Shown piece by piece: positions 9,255-20,158 of a DNA stretch of 53,553 nucleotides. The position numbers were made by a program, and so were the translations under genes. The DNA lies in NCBI GenBank assembly GCA_044225505.1, contig JBGAIN010000037.1:1-53553 (forward strand), given 5' to 3'. This DNA is from Limisphaerales bacterium (lineage in GTDB: Bacteria > Verrucomicrobiota > Verrucomicrobiia > Limisphaerales > SIBE01). Each line of letters begins with the position of its first letter. The first letter of the stretch is position 1. The notes beneath the pieces were generated by a model that did no database searches, was not told the DNA's origin, and saw only the letters and a list, made by a program, of their open reading frames with translations.

Positions 9255-12143
9255 ATGAAGCATTCCGGTAATAGCGTCGCTCAATGCTTGGCGATCGTGG
9301 CGGTGGCGTGGCTCTCGACTTTGGCGGTCACGTCGGCCGAGTCCATTTTTCCTGAGAACGTGACTCCCGCTGCCGTAGGGAACGATGCCCCCAATTGGGA
9401 ACTCGGAACGCTCTTCCGTGCCAAAATCGCGGGCGCGATCACCCACGTCCGAGTTTACTCCCTGGCGGAGGAACTTGGCGATCATCAGGTCCGAATTTGG
9501 CGTAACGCTGATGAAACCCTTCTGGCCGGACCCATCTCGTGGGCTTTTGGCCAGGACGAAGCCTGGATCACGCTCGATATTCCCGATGTGACCATTCAAC
9601 CTGGCCAGGACTACACGGTTTCCGTCTCGGCTCCGGGCGATGGTTGGTATCCTGCAAACGGCGCCTATTTCGCCAATTCTGGGAACAACGGCCAGTTCTT
9701 GGAGTTTCCTTTAGGCGCGGGTGTTTTCAGCGAAACGGCCGGGCTGCGTCCCACCAACAGTTTTAATAACTCCGCCTATTTGAGGGACATTCTGTTTGCA
9801 CCGGACTTGAGCGGGGCGTTGATGAAAGTCACGGTCGGCAGCCAGGAAATCACGACCGGTTCCACCATCTACGCTTTGGCGGACGGCACGGACTTGGGTG
9901 GGAAAGGGCTTGAGGCGGGGGCTCGGGACGTTTCCTACACGATCGCGAATCTCGGGCAGGCCACGCTCACCTTGACGGGGAATCCTGCGGTCACCATTGC
10001 TGGCGCACAGGCCGGGGATTTTGTCGTCTCGTCCCAGCCCGCGGCCAGTGTGGCGGGAGGCGGCAGCACCACGTTCACGATTCGCTTTGATCCATCCGCC
10101 CTTGGCCCGCGGTATGCAACGGTTAGCATTCCGCACGGGGACAGCCCAAACGCTCCGTTTACATTCGCTATCCGAGGGGAGGGGCTGGGCGGTGGTGCGG
10201 GCGTGCTGGGCAATGATAGCGAGGGCGCTTTCGCCCGAAATATCGATGATGCGCAAATTCACGGCAATCGCTTCCAAGCGCCCGTGGCGATGCGCATTAG
10301 TGAAGTTCGAGCCAAGGTGTTGGAACTAACCGGAATTCTTAAGTGCGCGGTGTATTCGGACACGAACGGTATCGCGGACCGCCTCTTGCGGAGTAGCGTG
10401 GAGGTGATCAATGCCACGAACGGCTGGAATCGATTTGCCCTGACCACGCCGCTTGATCTGGCAGCGGGAGATTCTTATTGGCTCGTGATCTGGTCCGACA
10501 CCGTCGGCGCGCGCGTGCAGGCCGACCCGGTGGGCGGCGCTTACCAGGGCATCTATAGCTACGCGGATCTCGCTGGGGTGTGGCCAGATCCGATTAGCCT
10601 CCCGACCTTGATTCGAGCCGAACCACGAACTTATTGCATCTACGCGGAAGGAACGCCCATCGGCACTGCGCCTGGTTCGGAGCTGGATGTGCGCGGCGGG
10701 GGCAAGCTGATTATTTCGGGAGATGAAGCCCCATCAACGCTCGATGGCACCGATTTTGGCAATCTCAATGTCGGCGGTGGAACCGCGGAGCATACGTTCA
10801 CGCTCGAGAGCCTTGGGGCCGTGGGGATCGAGTTGAGCGGAACGCCTCCGGTCGTCATTACCGGCGCACACGCGGCCGATTTCACCGTGACGGCCCAACC
10901 GACCGCGTCGATCCCTTCGGGCGCAAGTTCCACCTTCACGGTACGCTTTGATCCGACCGTTCGTGGCTTGCGCACGGCGACTGTGCGCATCGCCAACAAT
11001 GATGCGAGTGAGAATCCCTACGAGTTTTCTATCCAGGGCGCTGGCTTTGTGACGGGGCGAGAGTCAATCTGGCCAGATTCCAAGATTGGGAGAAATATCG
11101 ACTTTGACGGGGCTTACTACGAGTTAGGCACTGTGTTCCAGTCGTCTCTCCCTGGAAAAATCACCCACTTGCGCGTCTTCTCGCTGACGGCGGAAACGGG
11201 AGATCACACCGCTCGGTTGTGGAGGAACGACAGCGACGAAGTAATCGGCGGGCCCTACACTTGGAATTACGGTGGTGTCACCGGGTGGATCACTTTGGAT
11301 ATTCCGGATGTCGCCATTGAAGCGGGGGTTGACTACACCGTTTCTGTTTCAGTGGGGACCAGTCCGAAAAGGAATTATCCGAACATCGCCGCTGATCTTT
11401 CGACCGCAGGCGGTAATGGCCAGTCCCTCAGTTATCCCGTCAATGCGGGCGTCTTCACCGAGACACGCGAAGCGCGTCCCACGCAGAGTTTCAACGGCGG
11501 GAACTATTTGCGGGACATCGTCTTTCTCCCCGCTGGAGTCACCGTTGATTTACCGAACCTGGACCTGAAGGGGAATAACCTCTTGATCGCGGATGGCGAC
11601 ACGGCTGCCGCTACCGAGGACGGAACGGACTTCGGCTCCTCAGCCATCGGCGGTGTCGGGGTGGAACATACGTTTACCATCGCAAACGTCGGGGCCGCTC
11701 CGCTGAACCTCAGCCGAAACCCGATCGTTTCGATTACCGGGGCCGCGGCGGGTGACTTTTCGGTCACGACATATCCGACGACCCCAATCGTGCCGAACGG
11801 GCAATCGAGTTTTAAGATCCGATTTGTGCCCACCGCAGCGGGTGTTCGAACCGCGAGCGTGTCCATCGAGAATGACAGCGATGAAACGCCCTATGACTTC
11901 GTGATCACTGGGACAGGAACCGGCACGGCCACCCAGTTACAAATTGTCTCGGTCAAAGCGGATGGAGTCACAGGCAGTGTGACTCTCAAATGGGATGGGA
12001 CCGCTCCGCTATTCCAGGTCGAGAAGGCATCCAACGTCAACGGGCCGTACCAACCTGTCGGAACTCCCCAAAGTGGTAGCACCTTCACCGATTCCAATGC
12101 CCTGCAAGCAGGTCGCGCTTTTTATCGAGTCCGAATCCCGTGA
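9255..12143 (+). CDS. Secreted multidomain protein: DUF4082-like modules alternating with three choice-of-anchor D Ig domains, plus C-terminal FYR domain
   Basis: WELGTLFRA..G.ITHVRV and YELGTVFQ..GKITHLRV repeats; DGTD(L/F)G...TI.(N/S).G...DF.V...F.IRF.P three times; ends AFYRVRIP; ATG 9255 gives a signal peptide. Confidence 0.8.
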   Translation: MKHSGNSVAQCLAIVAVAWLSTLAVTSAESIFPENVTPAAVGNDAPNWELGTLFRAKIAGAITHVRVYSLAEELGDHQVRIWRNADETLLAGPISWAFGQDEAWITLDIPDVTIQPGQDYTVSVSAPGDGWYPANGAYFANSGNNGQFLEFPLGAGVFSETAGLRPTNSFNNSAYLRDILFAPDLSGALMKVTVGSQEITTGSTIYALADGTDLGGKGLEAGARDVSYTIANLGQATLTLTGNPAVTIAGAQAGDFVVSSQPAASVAGGGSTTFTIRFDPSALGPRYATVSIPHGDSPNAPFTFAIRGEGLGGGAGVLGNDSEGAFARNIDDAQIHGNRFQAPVAMRISEVRAKVLELTGILKCAVYSDTNGIADRLLRSSVEVINATNGWNRFALTTPLDLAAGDSYWLVIWSDTVGARVQADPVGGAYQGIYSYADLAGVWPDPISLPTLIRAEPRTYCIYAEGTPIGTAPGSELDVRGGGKLIISGDEAPSTLDGTDFGNLNVGGGTAEHTFTLESLGAVGIELSGTPPVVITGAHAADFTVTAQPTASIPSGASSTFTVRFDPTVRGLRTATVRIANNDASENPYEFSIQGAGFVTGRESIWPDSKIGRNIDFDGAYYELGTVFQSSLPGKITHLRVFSLTAETGDHTARLWRNDSDEVIGGPYTWNYGGVTGWITLDIPDVAIEAGVDYTVSVSVGTSPKRNYPNIAADLSTAGGNGQSLSYPVNAGVFTETREARPTQSFNGGNYLRDIVFLPAGVTVDLPNLDLKGNNLLIADGDTAAATEDGTDFGSSAIGGVGVEHTFTIANVGAAPLNLSRNPIVSITGAAAGDFSVTTYPTTPIVPNGQSSFKIRFVPTAAGVRTASVSIENDSDETPYDFVITGTGTGTATQLQIVSVKADGVTGSVTLKWDGTAPLFQVEKASNVNGPYQPVGTPQSGSTFTDSNALQAGRAFYRVRIP

Positions 12144-12156
12144 GAGTTGTTATTGT

Positions 12157-14943
12157 ATGGCCTTCATCGATGTGGTTGGTTCACGTATCGCAACGGTCCT
12201 AAGACTCACTTTGGCGCTCGTCGGCGCCGGACTGGGGCTCGTTCACGCGGCCGAAGGGGACGGATCCTCGACGCGAGTTCTGTTCAGTTGGGGCCACGAG
12301 TCGCCGGCGAAACGGGCGTTTTATCTGCGGTTATCCGGGAGTGACGTTTCGATCAGTGACCTTCAACTTCAGCACGGAGAGCTTGGAGATCAGCTCCAGG
12401 ACAAGGAAGTGCAAACGCAGGCTGGAGGCGGGGATACGGACGAGGTGTCTGGCTTGCTGCGGTTCACCCCACGGGCGATCCAGGCGTCAACGAACGTGCA
12501 ACAGATCTGGCGATATTTGCTGCAGAACACGGAGGTCGATGCGGCTCGGAGATTGCGCGCCGATCCGGCGATGCGTCCGGATCCACGGCGGCTGATCATC
12601 CAATGCGACAAATCGGGGGCACGCGGATTTACTCTCACCGTGGATCAGTTGCTCACGCAGCAAAGCTTTTGGTTTCCTGAGTTTGATCTTTATGTCGCGG
12701 TTGGAGATCCTCCCATTTCTTTGGCAGCGCATCAGGTGAACGTGAGTCCGCAACGCGGACGGCGCGTCCTGGATCGAGCGATGCGAGAGCCTGAAGCGAC
12801 TTACTCCGATTTCACGGCGCGCTGGGAAGATATGGGGAGCCCGTCTTACCGCAATCCTCACTCCGTGTCTCCCGGACACGTCGTTGGGCTGACTTGGGAC
12901 AGCGCTCTCTACAAATACGGCGTTGATCGTTGGGGCGAGGTCAGAAACGACTACGGAAAGGAAGACGTGTTCCACTTCCGATTGTCCTGGCCCGGATCTG
13001 AGAATTCCAATCCTTCCCAGCGCCTTACGGACGGGCTTCCCATTCTGACAACGACATTCAACCACGACGGGGTGCGGCTCGAGGTGGAGCAGTTTGCCTA
13101 CCCGTTGTTAGGCCCGCCACCGTCGCGGCGCGGCGACATTCCCATGGTTCTCTTTGAGCGCGTGCGGATCTTCGAACTCGAAGGCAAGTCCCGGGTCTTT
13201 CCTCTTGCGCTGGAACTGACGCGTGAACCCGCTCGCGTTGTATTCAGAGAGGAAGAGGGCGGGCAATGGCTCGGAACCGAAACGGAGACGTGGCTCGCAG
13301 TGCAGAATTCGGCTGTAACCGGGAGACTGGAGGAAACTACAGGGAAGACCCAGACCGTCCGGTATCAGGTGGCGTTGCCGTCCAACGGCCAACGAGAGTT
13401 CGTGATCAAGCTGCCGTCACCAGCGGTGCGAGCGGAGGAGCGCGCGACACTGCTTGCCCTCAATTACCCGCAGGCGCGCGAGGCGACGATCCAGTTTTGG
13501 ACAAAACTCTTGGCGCAGGGGGCCTCGTTCGAGGTTCCTGACGCGGCTGTGAATTCCTTGTTTCGGGCGAACTTGTGGCATGCCTTGTGCCTTCCTCGCC
13601 GGCATGGCGGCGGGACAATTTCCAACGTCGTGATGGATCTGCCTTACTCGAACTTTGCCTATGATCAGAAAGGGACTCCCTGGCCGGTCAATCAAGCGGT
13701 CTATGTGGACTACATGCTCTACGACTTGCGCGGCTACCACGACACCGCAGCGGAAGAATTGGCCGTAATTTATCGCAATAACCAGGAGCCCAACGGCCAT
13801 GTCGGCGGATTTGCCAACTGGGGCGTTTACACCCCTTCGATGATGTATTCCGTGGCGCAACATTATCTTCTGAGTGGTCAGCGCGGCACGTTCGAATCGT
13901 TACTGCCGCCAACGCTCCGCGCGTTGGATTGGTGCTTAGGTGAAATCCAACGGACCACAGAGACAGGAGCATCCGCCCCCGGTTTGATGCTGGCACCGTT
14001 AAACGATCTGACGCACGAGGCCCGGTCCTGGGCCTTTAACCAGGCCTATTTCGTCGCTGGGTTTGACAAACTAGGACAGGCTCTGGCAGCCATCGGGCAT
14101 CCTCGTGCGGCCGAATGCCGCACGGCGGCGGATGCGCTCCGACGCGCCATCGCCAGGGAATTTGGCCGAGCCAGCGTGCAATCACCGGCGGTCCAACTTG
14201 CGGACGGAACCTGGTCGTCCTACGTGCCAACCGATGCGCAAGCGGCGGGGCGCTTGTTTCAGGTGTGGTATCCGACCGATGTCGATGTGGGTCCGCTCCA
14301 CCTGCTGCGCCTCGGGGGACTCGACGCGCGGAGTGGCCTGGCCGAGGCAATCTTGAATGACCACGAAGATAACCTGTTCTTAAAGCAATGGGGGACGATC
14401 AACGAGCCGGTCTACAATATGCAAGGGACCGCCTACCTCCTGCGCGACGAACCGAAGTTGGCCATCCGAACTTTCTTCAGCACTTTGGCGTGTGCTTTCA
14501 GCCACTCGGTTTTTCAGCCCGTGGAGCATCGGTGGGCATGGGGGCAGTATTTCGGTCCGCCGAGCACGGACGGCGCGTGGTTTGAGCTTTATCGCAATCT
14601 GCTTGTCCGTGAGCAGGACGAAAGCTCGCTGATTTTGTGTCAAGCCGCTCCGCGAGCTTGGTTTGAGAATGGAAAACGTATTCAAGTGCAACGGGCGCCG
14701 ACCTATTTCGGTCCGGTCTCCTTCACCGTGCAAGGCGGCGAGAATCAAACGACCGCGAGCATCCAGCTCTCGGATCGCAATCGCCCAGCGACGTTGTTCG
14801 TGCGTTTCCGTGAGCCACAACAACGTCCCATCCGAACCGTCTCGGTCAACGACGCGGCCTGGACGGACTTTGACGTTGCCCGGGAATGGGTCCGAATTCC
14901 GCACCCGAGCGAGTCGAGTTATCGCATCGTCGCACACTACTGA
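12157..14943 (+). CDS. Putative six-hairpin (alpha/alpha)6 glycosidase-like secreted protein
   Basis: Signal peptide; FEVPDAAVNSLFRANL, aromatic helical core, and C-terminal LCQAAPRAWFENGKRIQVQRAPTYFGPVSF tail typical of inverting GH-like proteins; CAZyme context. Confidence 0.6.
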   Translation: MAFIDVVGSRIATVLRLTLALVGAGLGLVHAAEGDGSSTRVLFSWGHESPAKRAFYLRLSGSDVSISDLQLQHGELGDQLQDKEVQTQAGGGDTDEVSGLLRFTPRAIQASTNVQQIWRYLLQNTEVDAARRLRADPAMRPDPRRLIIQCDKSGARGFTLTVDQLLTQQSFWFPEFDLYVAVGDPPISLAAHQVNVSPQRGRRVLDRAMREPEATYSDFTARWEDMGSPSYRNPHSVSPGHVVGLTWDSALYKYGVDRWGEVRNDYGKEDVFHFRLSWPGSENSNPSQRLTDGLPILTTTFNHDGVRLEVEQFAYPLLGPPPSRRGDIPMVLFERVRIFELEGKSRVFPLALELTREPARVVFREEEGGQWLGTETETWLAVQNSAVTGRLEETTGKTQTVRYQVALPSNGQREFVIKLPSPAVRAEERATLLALNYPQAREATIQFWTKLLAQGASFEVPDAAVNSLFRANLWHALCLPRRHGGGTISNVVMDLPYSNFAYDQKGTPWPVNQAVYVDYMLYDLRGYHDTAAEELAVIYRNNQEPNGHVGGFANWGVYTPSMMYSVAQHYLLSGQRGTFESLLPPTLRALDWCLGEIQRTTETGASAPGLMLAPLNDLTHEARSWAFNQAYFVAGFDKLGQALAAIGHPRAAECRTAADALRRAIAREFGRASVQSPAVQLADGTWSSYVPTDAQAAGRLFQVWYPTDVDVGPLHLLRLGGLDARSGLAEAILNDHEDNLFLKQWGTINEPVYNMQGTAYLLRDEPKLAIRTFFSTLACAFSHSVFQPVEHRWAWGQYFGPPSTDGAWFELYRNLLVREQDESSLILCQAAPRAWFENGKRIQVQRAPTYFGPVSFTVQGGENQTTASIQLSDRNRPATLFVRFREPQQRPIRTVSVNDAAWTDFDVAREWVRIPHPSESSYRIVAHY

Positions 14944-14946
14944 ATC

Positions 14947-15705
14947 ATGAGCCGACGTGTTCTGAGCCAGAATCCGGTAAGACAGGGGTTTACACTAATC
15001 GAACTTCTGGTCGTCATTGCGATCATCGCTATCCTTGCGGGAATGCTGCTGCCTGCGCTCGCCAAGGCCAAGGAAAAGGCTCAGAAAATCAAATGCGTTT
15101 CCAATTTGCGGCAGCAAGCCCTCGCGTGCGTCATGTACCTCGACGACAACAAGGATCGCTACCCGAGCAACAATGGCGGGATTGACTACACTTACTATTC
15201 TTGGGGCGGCAAAGTGGGTCTGGAAGGGCAGGTGACCGGGAACCAGTTTCGAATGTTGAATCCCTATATCGTGAAGTCTGGGGCGGTCACGACGAACGAA
15301 GGCGGCGCGGCCCTAGCCTTTCTCTGCCCGGCCGATAATGGAGCGCGGCGGGGCAGTTGGGCCAAAGATCTGAAGCCAACGGTCTTCGATCAAGATGGGA
15401 GCAGCTACTTTTACAACTGCAGCGCCAACAATAACGACGGAACGAAGGGACTTTTTGAGAAGAAGACATCGGATCTGAAAAGCCCTACGAAAGTCGTCCT
15501 GGCCAATGACTTTGCTTTCAACTGCTATTTCGAGTATGCCGCTCGGAAACGAGTTTTTCAGTATATGTACTGGCACGATAAAAAGCGGCTCGGGGGCGGT
15601 AATGTGCTTTTTGCGGATTACCACGTGGGCTATTACTTCGCCACGCCGGACAAGCCGGACTTCCAACGAGGGCCTTCCTGGACGTTCATCTACAACGATG
15701 AGTGA
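14947..15705 (+). CDS. Prepilin-type N-terminal cleavage/methylation protein (PVC pseudopilin, H-X9-DG class)
   Basis: [51 protein letters not shown]. Confidence 0.9.
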   Translation: MSRRVLSQNPVRQGFTLIELLVVIAIIAILAGMLLPALAKAKEKAQKIKCVSNLRQQALACVMYLDDNKDRYPSNNGGIDYTYYSWGGKVGLEGQVTGNQFRMLNPYIVKSGAVTTNEGGAALAFLCPADNGARRGSWAKDLKPTVFDQDGSSYFYNCSANNNDGTKGLFEKKTSDLKSPTKVVLANDFAFNCYFEYAARKRVFQYMYWHDKKRLGGGNVLFADYHVGYYFATPDKPDFQRGPSWTFIYNDE

Positions 15706-18566
15706 TGCGTACTCTCGCTCTTTTGATGGTTGGGTGGATCGCCGCAACTCTCCCAGAGACTGGGGTTGCTGAGGACCATTCCTCGCTTCCTAACGCCGAA
15801 CCTGGGACGCAACTCTCGGTTGATCTCGGGGGTCTCTGGGAATGCCGGATGGATCCAAGCGACGTTGGCCGGAACGAACGCTGGTTTGAGGATTCTGTTC
15901 CTTACCCGCGAACCATCCGCGTGCCAGGGGCTTGGAATGCGCAAGGGGTCGCCTTTGAATCCGGCACTGATTTGAGCGCTTACGAAGCCCGACTGCTCGA
16001 GGAACAAAAGCAGCTCTTTGGGCTTGGCACGTTGGGCAAAGAGAGTGAATCGGCCAAATTATTTAGCGCTTATCCAGGTCCGATGTGGTACCGGCGGACA
16101 ATCACGGTGCCGGCGTCGTGGCATGGTCGAGTGCCGTGGCTTGTCTTTCACGGTATTCACCGCGAAGGGGAGGTGTGGCTCAACGGAAAGTTTGCGGGTG
16201 CCCATCACTCGTATCTCACTCCCTTCCGCATTGATCTCTCACCCATCGTCCGGGCCGGCGATTCGATTCACGTTGCGGTCCGAGTCGATGCGCGCCGGAA
16301 CCGCGCCGTGGACCCCTTGATGGGCTGCTTTGATACGCTGGACTTTCTTTACGTTTCCTGGGGAGGCCTCTTCCGGACTGTGACCTTGGAAGCGACCGCG
16401 GCAACGCGGATCCGCGATGTTTTCGTAGTCCCGCACCTGCATTCCAAATCTGCGGAGATCCGATTAGCGTTGGAAGGGGCGCTTATGGATTCTCTGGCGG
16501 TTGAGGCGGAAGTGTTCGACGCGGGTCGGCGGTCCGTTGGCCGAATCTCCGGGACGGTCGCTCGCGGCACGAACGAAGGCGTCTTGCACGTGTCCATTCC
16601 CAGCCCCAAACTCTGGTCGCCCCAGAGCCCACATCTCTACACGGCGGAGGTGCACTTGCTTTCCGCAACCAAATTGTTGGAGACGCGCAGCGTCCGCTTT
16701 GGAATGCGCGAGTTCCACGTGACGGATGGCAAATTCTTTCTCAACGGGCAGCCCATTTTCCTGCGTGGCTACGGGGATGATTGCATCTTTCCGAACACGC
16801 TCTGCCCGCCCGCGGACAAAACGGAATTGTCCCGACGACTCGCCGCCGCGCGCGATTACGGATTCAACTACGTGCGTCATCATAGTTGGACTCCACCCGA
16901 AGAGTATTTTGACGCGGCCGACGAACTCGGGATGATGCTGCAGCCGGAGTTTCCTTTTGCCTATCGGTGGGACTTGCCAACGACCCTTGAGGCCAAGCGC
17001 TCAGCCTTAGAACAATGGGAAGCAGTGATTCGCTCGGCTCGCAACCATCCTTCGGTGGTGGTGTGGTGTATGGGGAACGAGCTTTACGACTCATTTGACC
17101 TGGCCCCGGCGATGTACCAGGCTGCGAAAAGGCTCGATCCGACGCGTCCGGTGATCGACTCGGACGGCAGTGCGTTTCAGCATCAGGATCGGGAGACTCT
17201 CGATTTCATGGTCGTCCAGTTCAATGAGGGGAATTCAATCGGGCTGCAAGACTCGAAGTATCACGTTCCCGAGACCGTGCGAAAACCGGTGATCGCCCAC
17301 GAAATGGGGTATTTTGTCACGCTGCCGAAGCTTGACCAAATACCGTTTTTTCAAGGTGGGCTTCGGCCGTATTGGTTGTTGCAAGCGCGCGACCTGGCCC
17401 TGCAAAGGGGAGTGTTTGAGTCCTACGAGACATGGCTCCAGGCATCTCACCAACTTCAAGCGGCCTGCTTGAAGAGTAATCTGGAAGCCGCGCGGCGTTC
17501 GCGGCTGAGTGGCACGTCGGTGTGGCTCTTTCAGGATTATCCGAACTGTGCGGAAGGAGTGGTCGACATGTTCTTCCGACCGAAAGGCCTGACCGCGGCG
17601 GAGTTCCGCGCCTTCAATGCCCCAACCGTGCTCTTGCTCGATCTACCGGATCGCAATTGGCGCGAGCAGACGACAACCGAGCTGCGGTTTCTGATTTCGA
17701 GATTCGAAGATCCCCCGTCCGTTGCGACCTTGCGGTGGTCCCTGCGCGCTGGCGATAGAACGGTAGCCTCTGGCAAGCAAGAGAGCATTCAGGTAGCTTC
17801 CGGGGGGGTTCAGACGTTGCCGGGAATCCCGTTGGTCCTGCCGACTCTTCCCGACGCCACCCAACTCACTCTCAGTGCCCAATTGGAGGACGAAACCGGG
17901 ACAACTCGCAATGCGTGGGATGTTTGGATCTTTCCCGAGGCGCGAGTCGAGAATGTTTTGGAGCGGGTCCAGGTCGAGAACTTTGATGTCATGCGGTTGC
18001 TTTATCCTGGGATTCAGGAGTGGGATTCGCGTCGTTCAGAGAAAGCCGAGGTGCTAGTCACGACGCGCTTAGGCCAGGAAGAACGCGCTTATCTCAACGA
18101 GGGAGGACGGGTCTTTCTGGTGAATCCCGAGGGGCCGTTTGCCGTTGAGAAAACCAATTATCGCTTATCGTCCTGGGATGGGGGAGGACCCTCTGGAACT
18201 TGGTTGGACACCACCCATCCCGCGTTGCAAAGAATGCCATCGAAAGGATGGTGCGATCTGCAATTCTACCGGTTAATCCAGAATTCGACACCGGCGTTTC
18301 TCGACGGGCTCCCCATTGAAGTAAAACCGGTGGTTCGCTGCATTGATCGGCCGACGCGGTTGTCTAACCGAGCTTATCTTTTTGAAGTCCGAGTCGGCCG
18401 TGGTCGGCTTCTCGTGAGCGGGTTTAACTTTTCCGATGCGCTTCGCGCCAGTGATGCGGGCGCTATCTTCTTCTTCAATCATCTTCTGCGTTACACCTTA
18501 GGGAGCGAGTTTTCTCCGCAGGCGAGTCTTTCGGCATCGGCATTGACACCCCGGTCGAAACCGTAG
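15702..18566 (+). CDS. Glycoside hydrolase family 2
   Basis: [46 protein letters not shown] (acid/base), HEMG; signal peptide. Confidence 0.9.
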   Translation: MMRTLALLMVGWIAATLPETGVAEDHSSLPNAEPGTQLSVDLGGLWECRMDPSDVGRNERWFEDSVPYPRTIRVPGAWNAQGVAFESGTDLSAYEARLLEEQKQLFGLGTLGKESESAKLFSAYPGPMWYRRTITVPASWHGRVPWLVFHGIHREGEVWLNGKFAGAHHSYLTPFRIDLSPIVRAGDSIHVAVRVDARRNRAVDPLMGCFDTLDFLYVSWGGLFRTVTLEATAATRIRDVFVVPHLHSKSAEIRLALEGALMDSLAVEAEVFDAGRRSVGRISGTVARGTNEGVLHVSIPSPKLWSPQSPHLYTAEVHLLSATKLLETRSVRFGMREFHVTDGKFFLNGQPIFLRGYGDDCIFPNTLCPPADKTELSRRLAAARDYGFNYVRHHSWTPPEEYFDAADELGMMLQPEFPFAYRWDLPTTLEAKRSALEQWEAVIRSARNHPSVVVWCMGNELYDSFDLAPAMYQAAKRLDPTRPVIDSDGSAFQHQDRETLDFMVVQFNEGNSIGLQDSKYHVPETVRKPVIAHEMGYFVTLPKLDQIPFFQGGLRPYWLLQARDLALQRGVFESYETWLQASHQLQAACLKSNLEAARRSRLSGTSVWLFQDYPNCAEGVVDMFFRPKGLTAAEFRAFNAPTVLLLDLPDRNWREQTTTELRFLISRFEDPPSVATLRWSLRAGDRTVASGKQESIQVASGGVQTLPGIPLVLPTLPDATQLTLSAQLEDETGTTRNAWDVWIFPEARVENVLERVQVENFDVMRLLYPGIQEWDSRRSEKAEVLVTTRLGQEERAYLNEGGRVFLVNPEGPFAVEKTNYRLSSWDGGGPSGTWLDTTHPALQRMPSKGWCDLQFYRLIQNSTPAFLDGLPIEVKPVVRCIDRPTRLSNRAYLFEVRVGRGRLLVSGFNFSDALRASDAGAIFFFNHLLRYTLGSEFSPQASLSASALTPRSKP

Positions 18567-18582
18567 CGCGCTCTATAGATTT

Positions 18583-19293
18583 ATGAACATACTCGCCGTT
18601 GGCGCACACCCGGATGACATTGAGATCCTTTGTGCCGGAACTTTGGCTCTCTATGCCGCGCAAGGGCATACTGTGTTCATGGCGAGCTTCACTTGCGGAG
18701 ACATGGGCGACTTAAAGATTCCGCCTGCCAAACTGGCCCGCCTTCGGCGGGAAGAGAGTGAAGCGGCCGCCGCAGTCATCGGGGCGCGTTTGCTCTGGCC
18801 CGGGATTATGGATGAGCACGTCTTTGCCAATGAGGCGCAACGTCGCGTGATGATCGACTTGATACGGGAATGCGATCCAGACGTCATTTTAACTCACAGC
18901 CCTGACGACTATCATCCTGACCATCGCTATGTGGCGCAGCTCGTGTTCGATTCCTATTTTCAAAAGGGGTTGCCCCATATTCCCGAGCAGACAAAACCAG
19001 CCTGCCGTTTTGGCGGAACTCAGGTCTACTACATGGATACAATTGCAGGCTTAGGTTTTCTCCCGACGGAGTATGTCGACGTTACTTCGGTCATGGAGAC
19101 CAAACGCCGCATGTTGCGCTGTCACGAGAGCCAATTCCAGGCGATCTCCGAACTGGTGCAACGGGACGTCGAGCAGGTTATTGATATTCAAGGCCGATTT
19201 CGGGGACTCGGGGGCGGTTGTGCGTTTGCGGAAGGCTTTCGTCGGCTCGAATCCTGGCAGCGTGGACTTGCTCGCCGCCTGTTACCAGGATGA
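18583..19293 (+). CDS. PIG-L/LmbE family N-acetyl-sugar deacetylase
   Basis: AHPDDIE, HPDH, CHESQ motifs. Confidence 0.92.
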   Translation: MNILAVGAHPDDIEILCAGTLALYAAQGHTVFMASFTCGDMGDLKIPPAKLARLRREESEAAAAVIGARLLWPGIMDEHVFANEAQRRVMIDLIRECDPDVILTHSPDDYHPDHRYVAQLVFDSYFQKGLPHIPEQTKPACRFGGTQVYYMDTIAGLGFLPTEYVDVTSVMETKRRMLRCHESQFQAISELVQRDVEQVIDIQGRFRGLGGGCAFAEGFRRLESWQRGLARRLLPG

Positions 19294-19294
19294 G

Positions 19295-20158
19295 ATGATG
19301 CAAGCCATGCAGATCGAGCGCGTGACCCATCACGGATGGTCGGATGCTTACCGGTGCACGGCTGGCGCAGTCGAATTGGTCGTTGTGACCCAAATCGGCC
19401 CGCGCATCCTCTCGTTGCGTCGACGGGGCGGAACCAACTTGCTTTATGAAGATGACACCGCCTTTGCGGTCGGGGACTGGCGACTGTACGGCGGGCACCG
19501 ATTTACGGTTGCACCCGAAGGGCCACAAAGTTACGAACCAGACAATTGGCCATGTGCCGTGACTCAGGAATCCAACGGGCTCCGCGTGCAGGGGCCGATT
19601 TCGGCGAATGGCCTTGGCCGCAGCCTGGTGCTTCGCGCGGCCATCGACGGGGAGGGCTTCGACATTGTGCATGAATTGCAGAACTGCGGTTCCTCCGCTT
19701 GGACAGGGGCTCTCTGGGCCATCACCTGCGTGCCGCTGGCCGGTGTGATCGGACTACGAGGAAGATCCATGCCTCGATTTTGGCCCGAGACTAATCCCGG
19801 CGATTGGGAAATTGAAGGGGATTACATTTCCGTGCACGCGCACGCCACGCGGGGAAAGGTCGGATGGCATAGCTCTGAGTCCTGGCTTGCGTCGCTGCAA
19901 CCGCAGGCCACGTTGGTCATTCAGAGTCCAAATACGGTGCGGATCGAAGAGTGCGTGGACGACGGCTGCAATGTGGAAATTTTCGTCTGCAAGGACTACT
20001 TGGAACTGGAAACGTTGAGCGGACAGGTGACCGTCCTTCCGGGAGCCATGGCGGTCCACGAGGAACGTTGGCGTTTGCTGGATTCCACGGTCGAGAAGCG
20101 CGACTGGCCGTTGCACGCCCGACGATCTCGATGTGTTCCGCGATCACGCTGCCCATGA
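19295..20158 (+). CDS. DUF4380-like / galactose-mutarotase-like protein
   Basis: LVVVTQIGPRILSL, LYGGHRF..APE, YLELETL, HEERWRL; starts 1 bp after the upstream stop. Confidence 0.6.
   Translation: MMQAMQIERVTHHGWSDAYRCTAGAVELVVVTQIGPRILSLRRRGGTNLLYEDDTAFAVGDWRLYGGHRFTVAPEGPQSYEPDNWPCAVTQESNGLRVQGPISANGLGRSLVLRAAIDGEGFDIVHELQNCGSSAWTGALWAITCVPLAGVIGLRGRSMPRFWPETNPGDWEIEGDYISVHAHATRGKVGWHSSESWLASLQPQATLVIQSPNTVRIEECVDDGCNVEIFVCKDYLELETLSGQVTVLPGAMAVHEERWRLLDSTVEKRDWPLHARRSRCVPRSRCP

Noticed and set aside
14947..15705. FADYHV instead of F.DGHV as a sign of pseudogenisation
   Set aside because: The ORF is intact and coupled to its neighbours; a single substitution is not enough evidence
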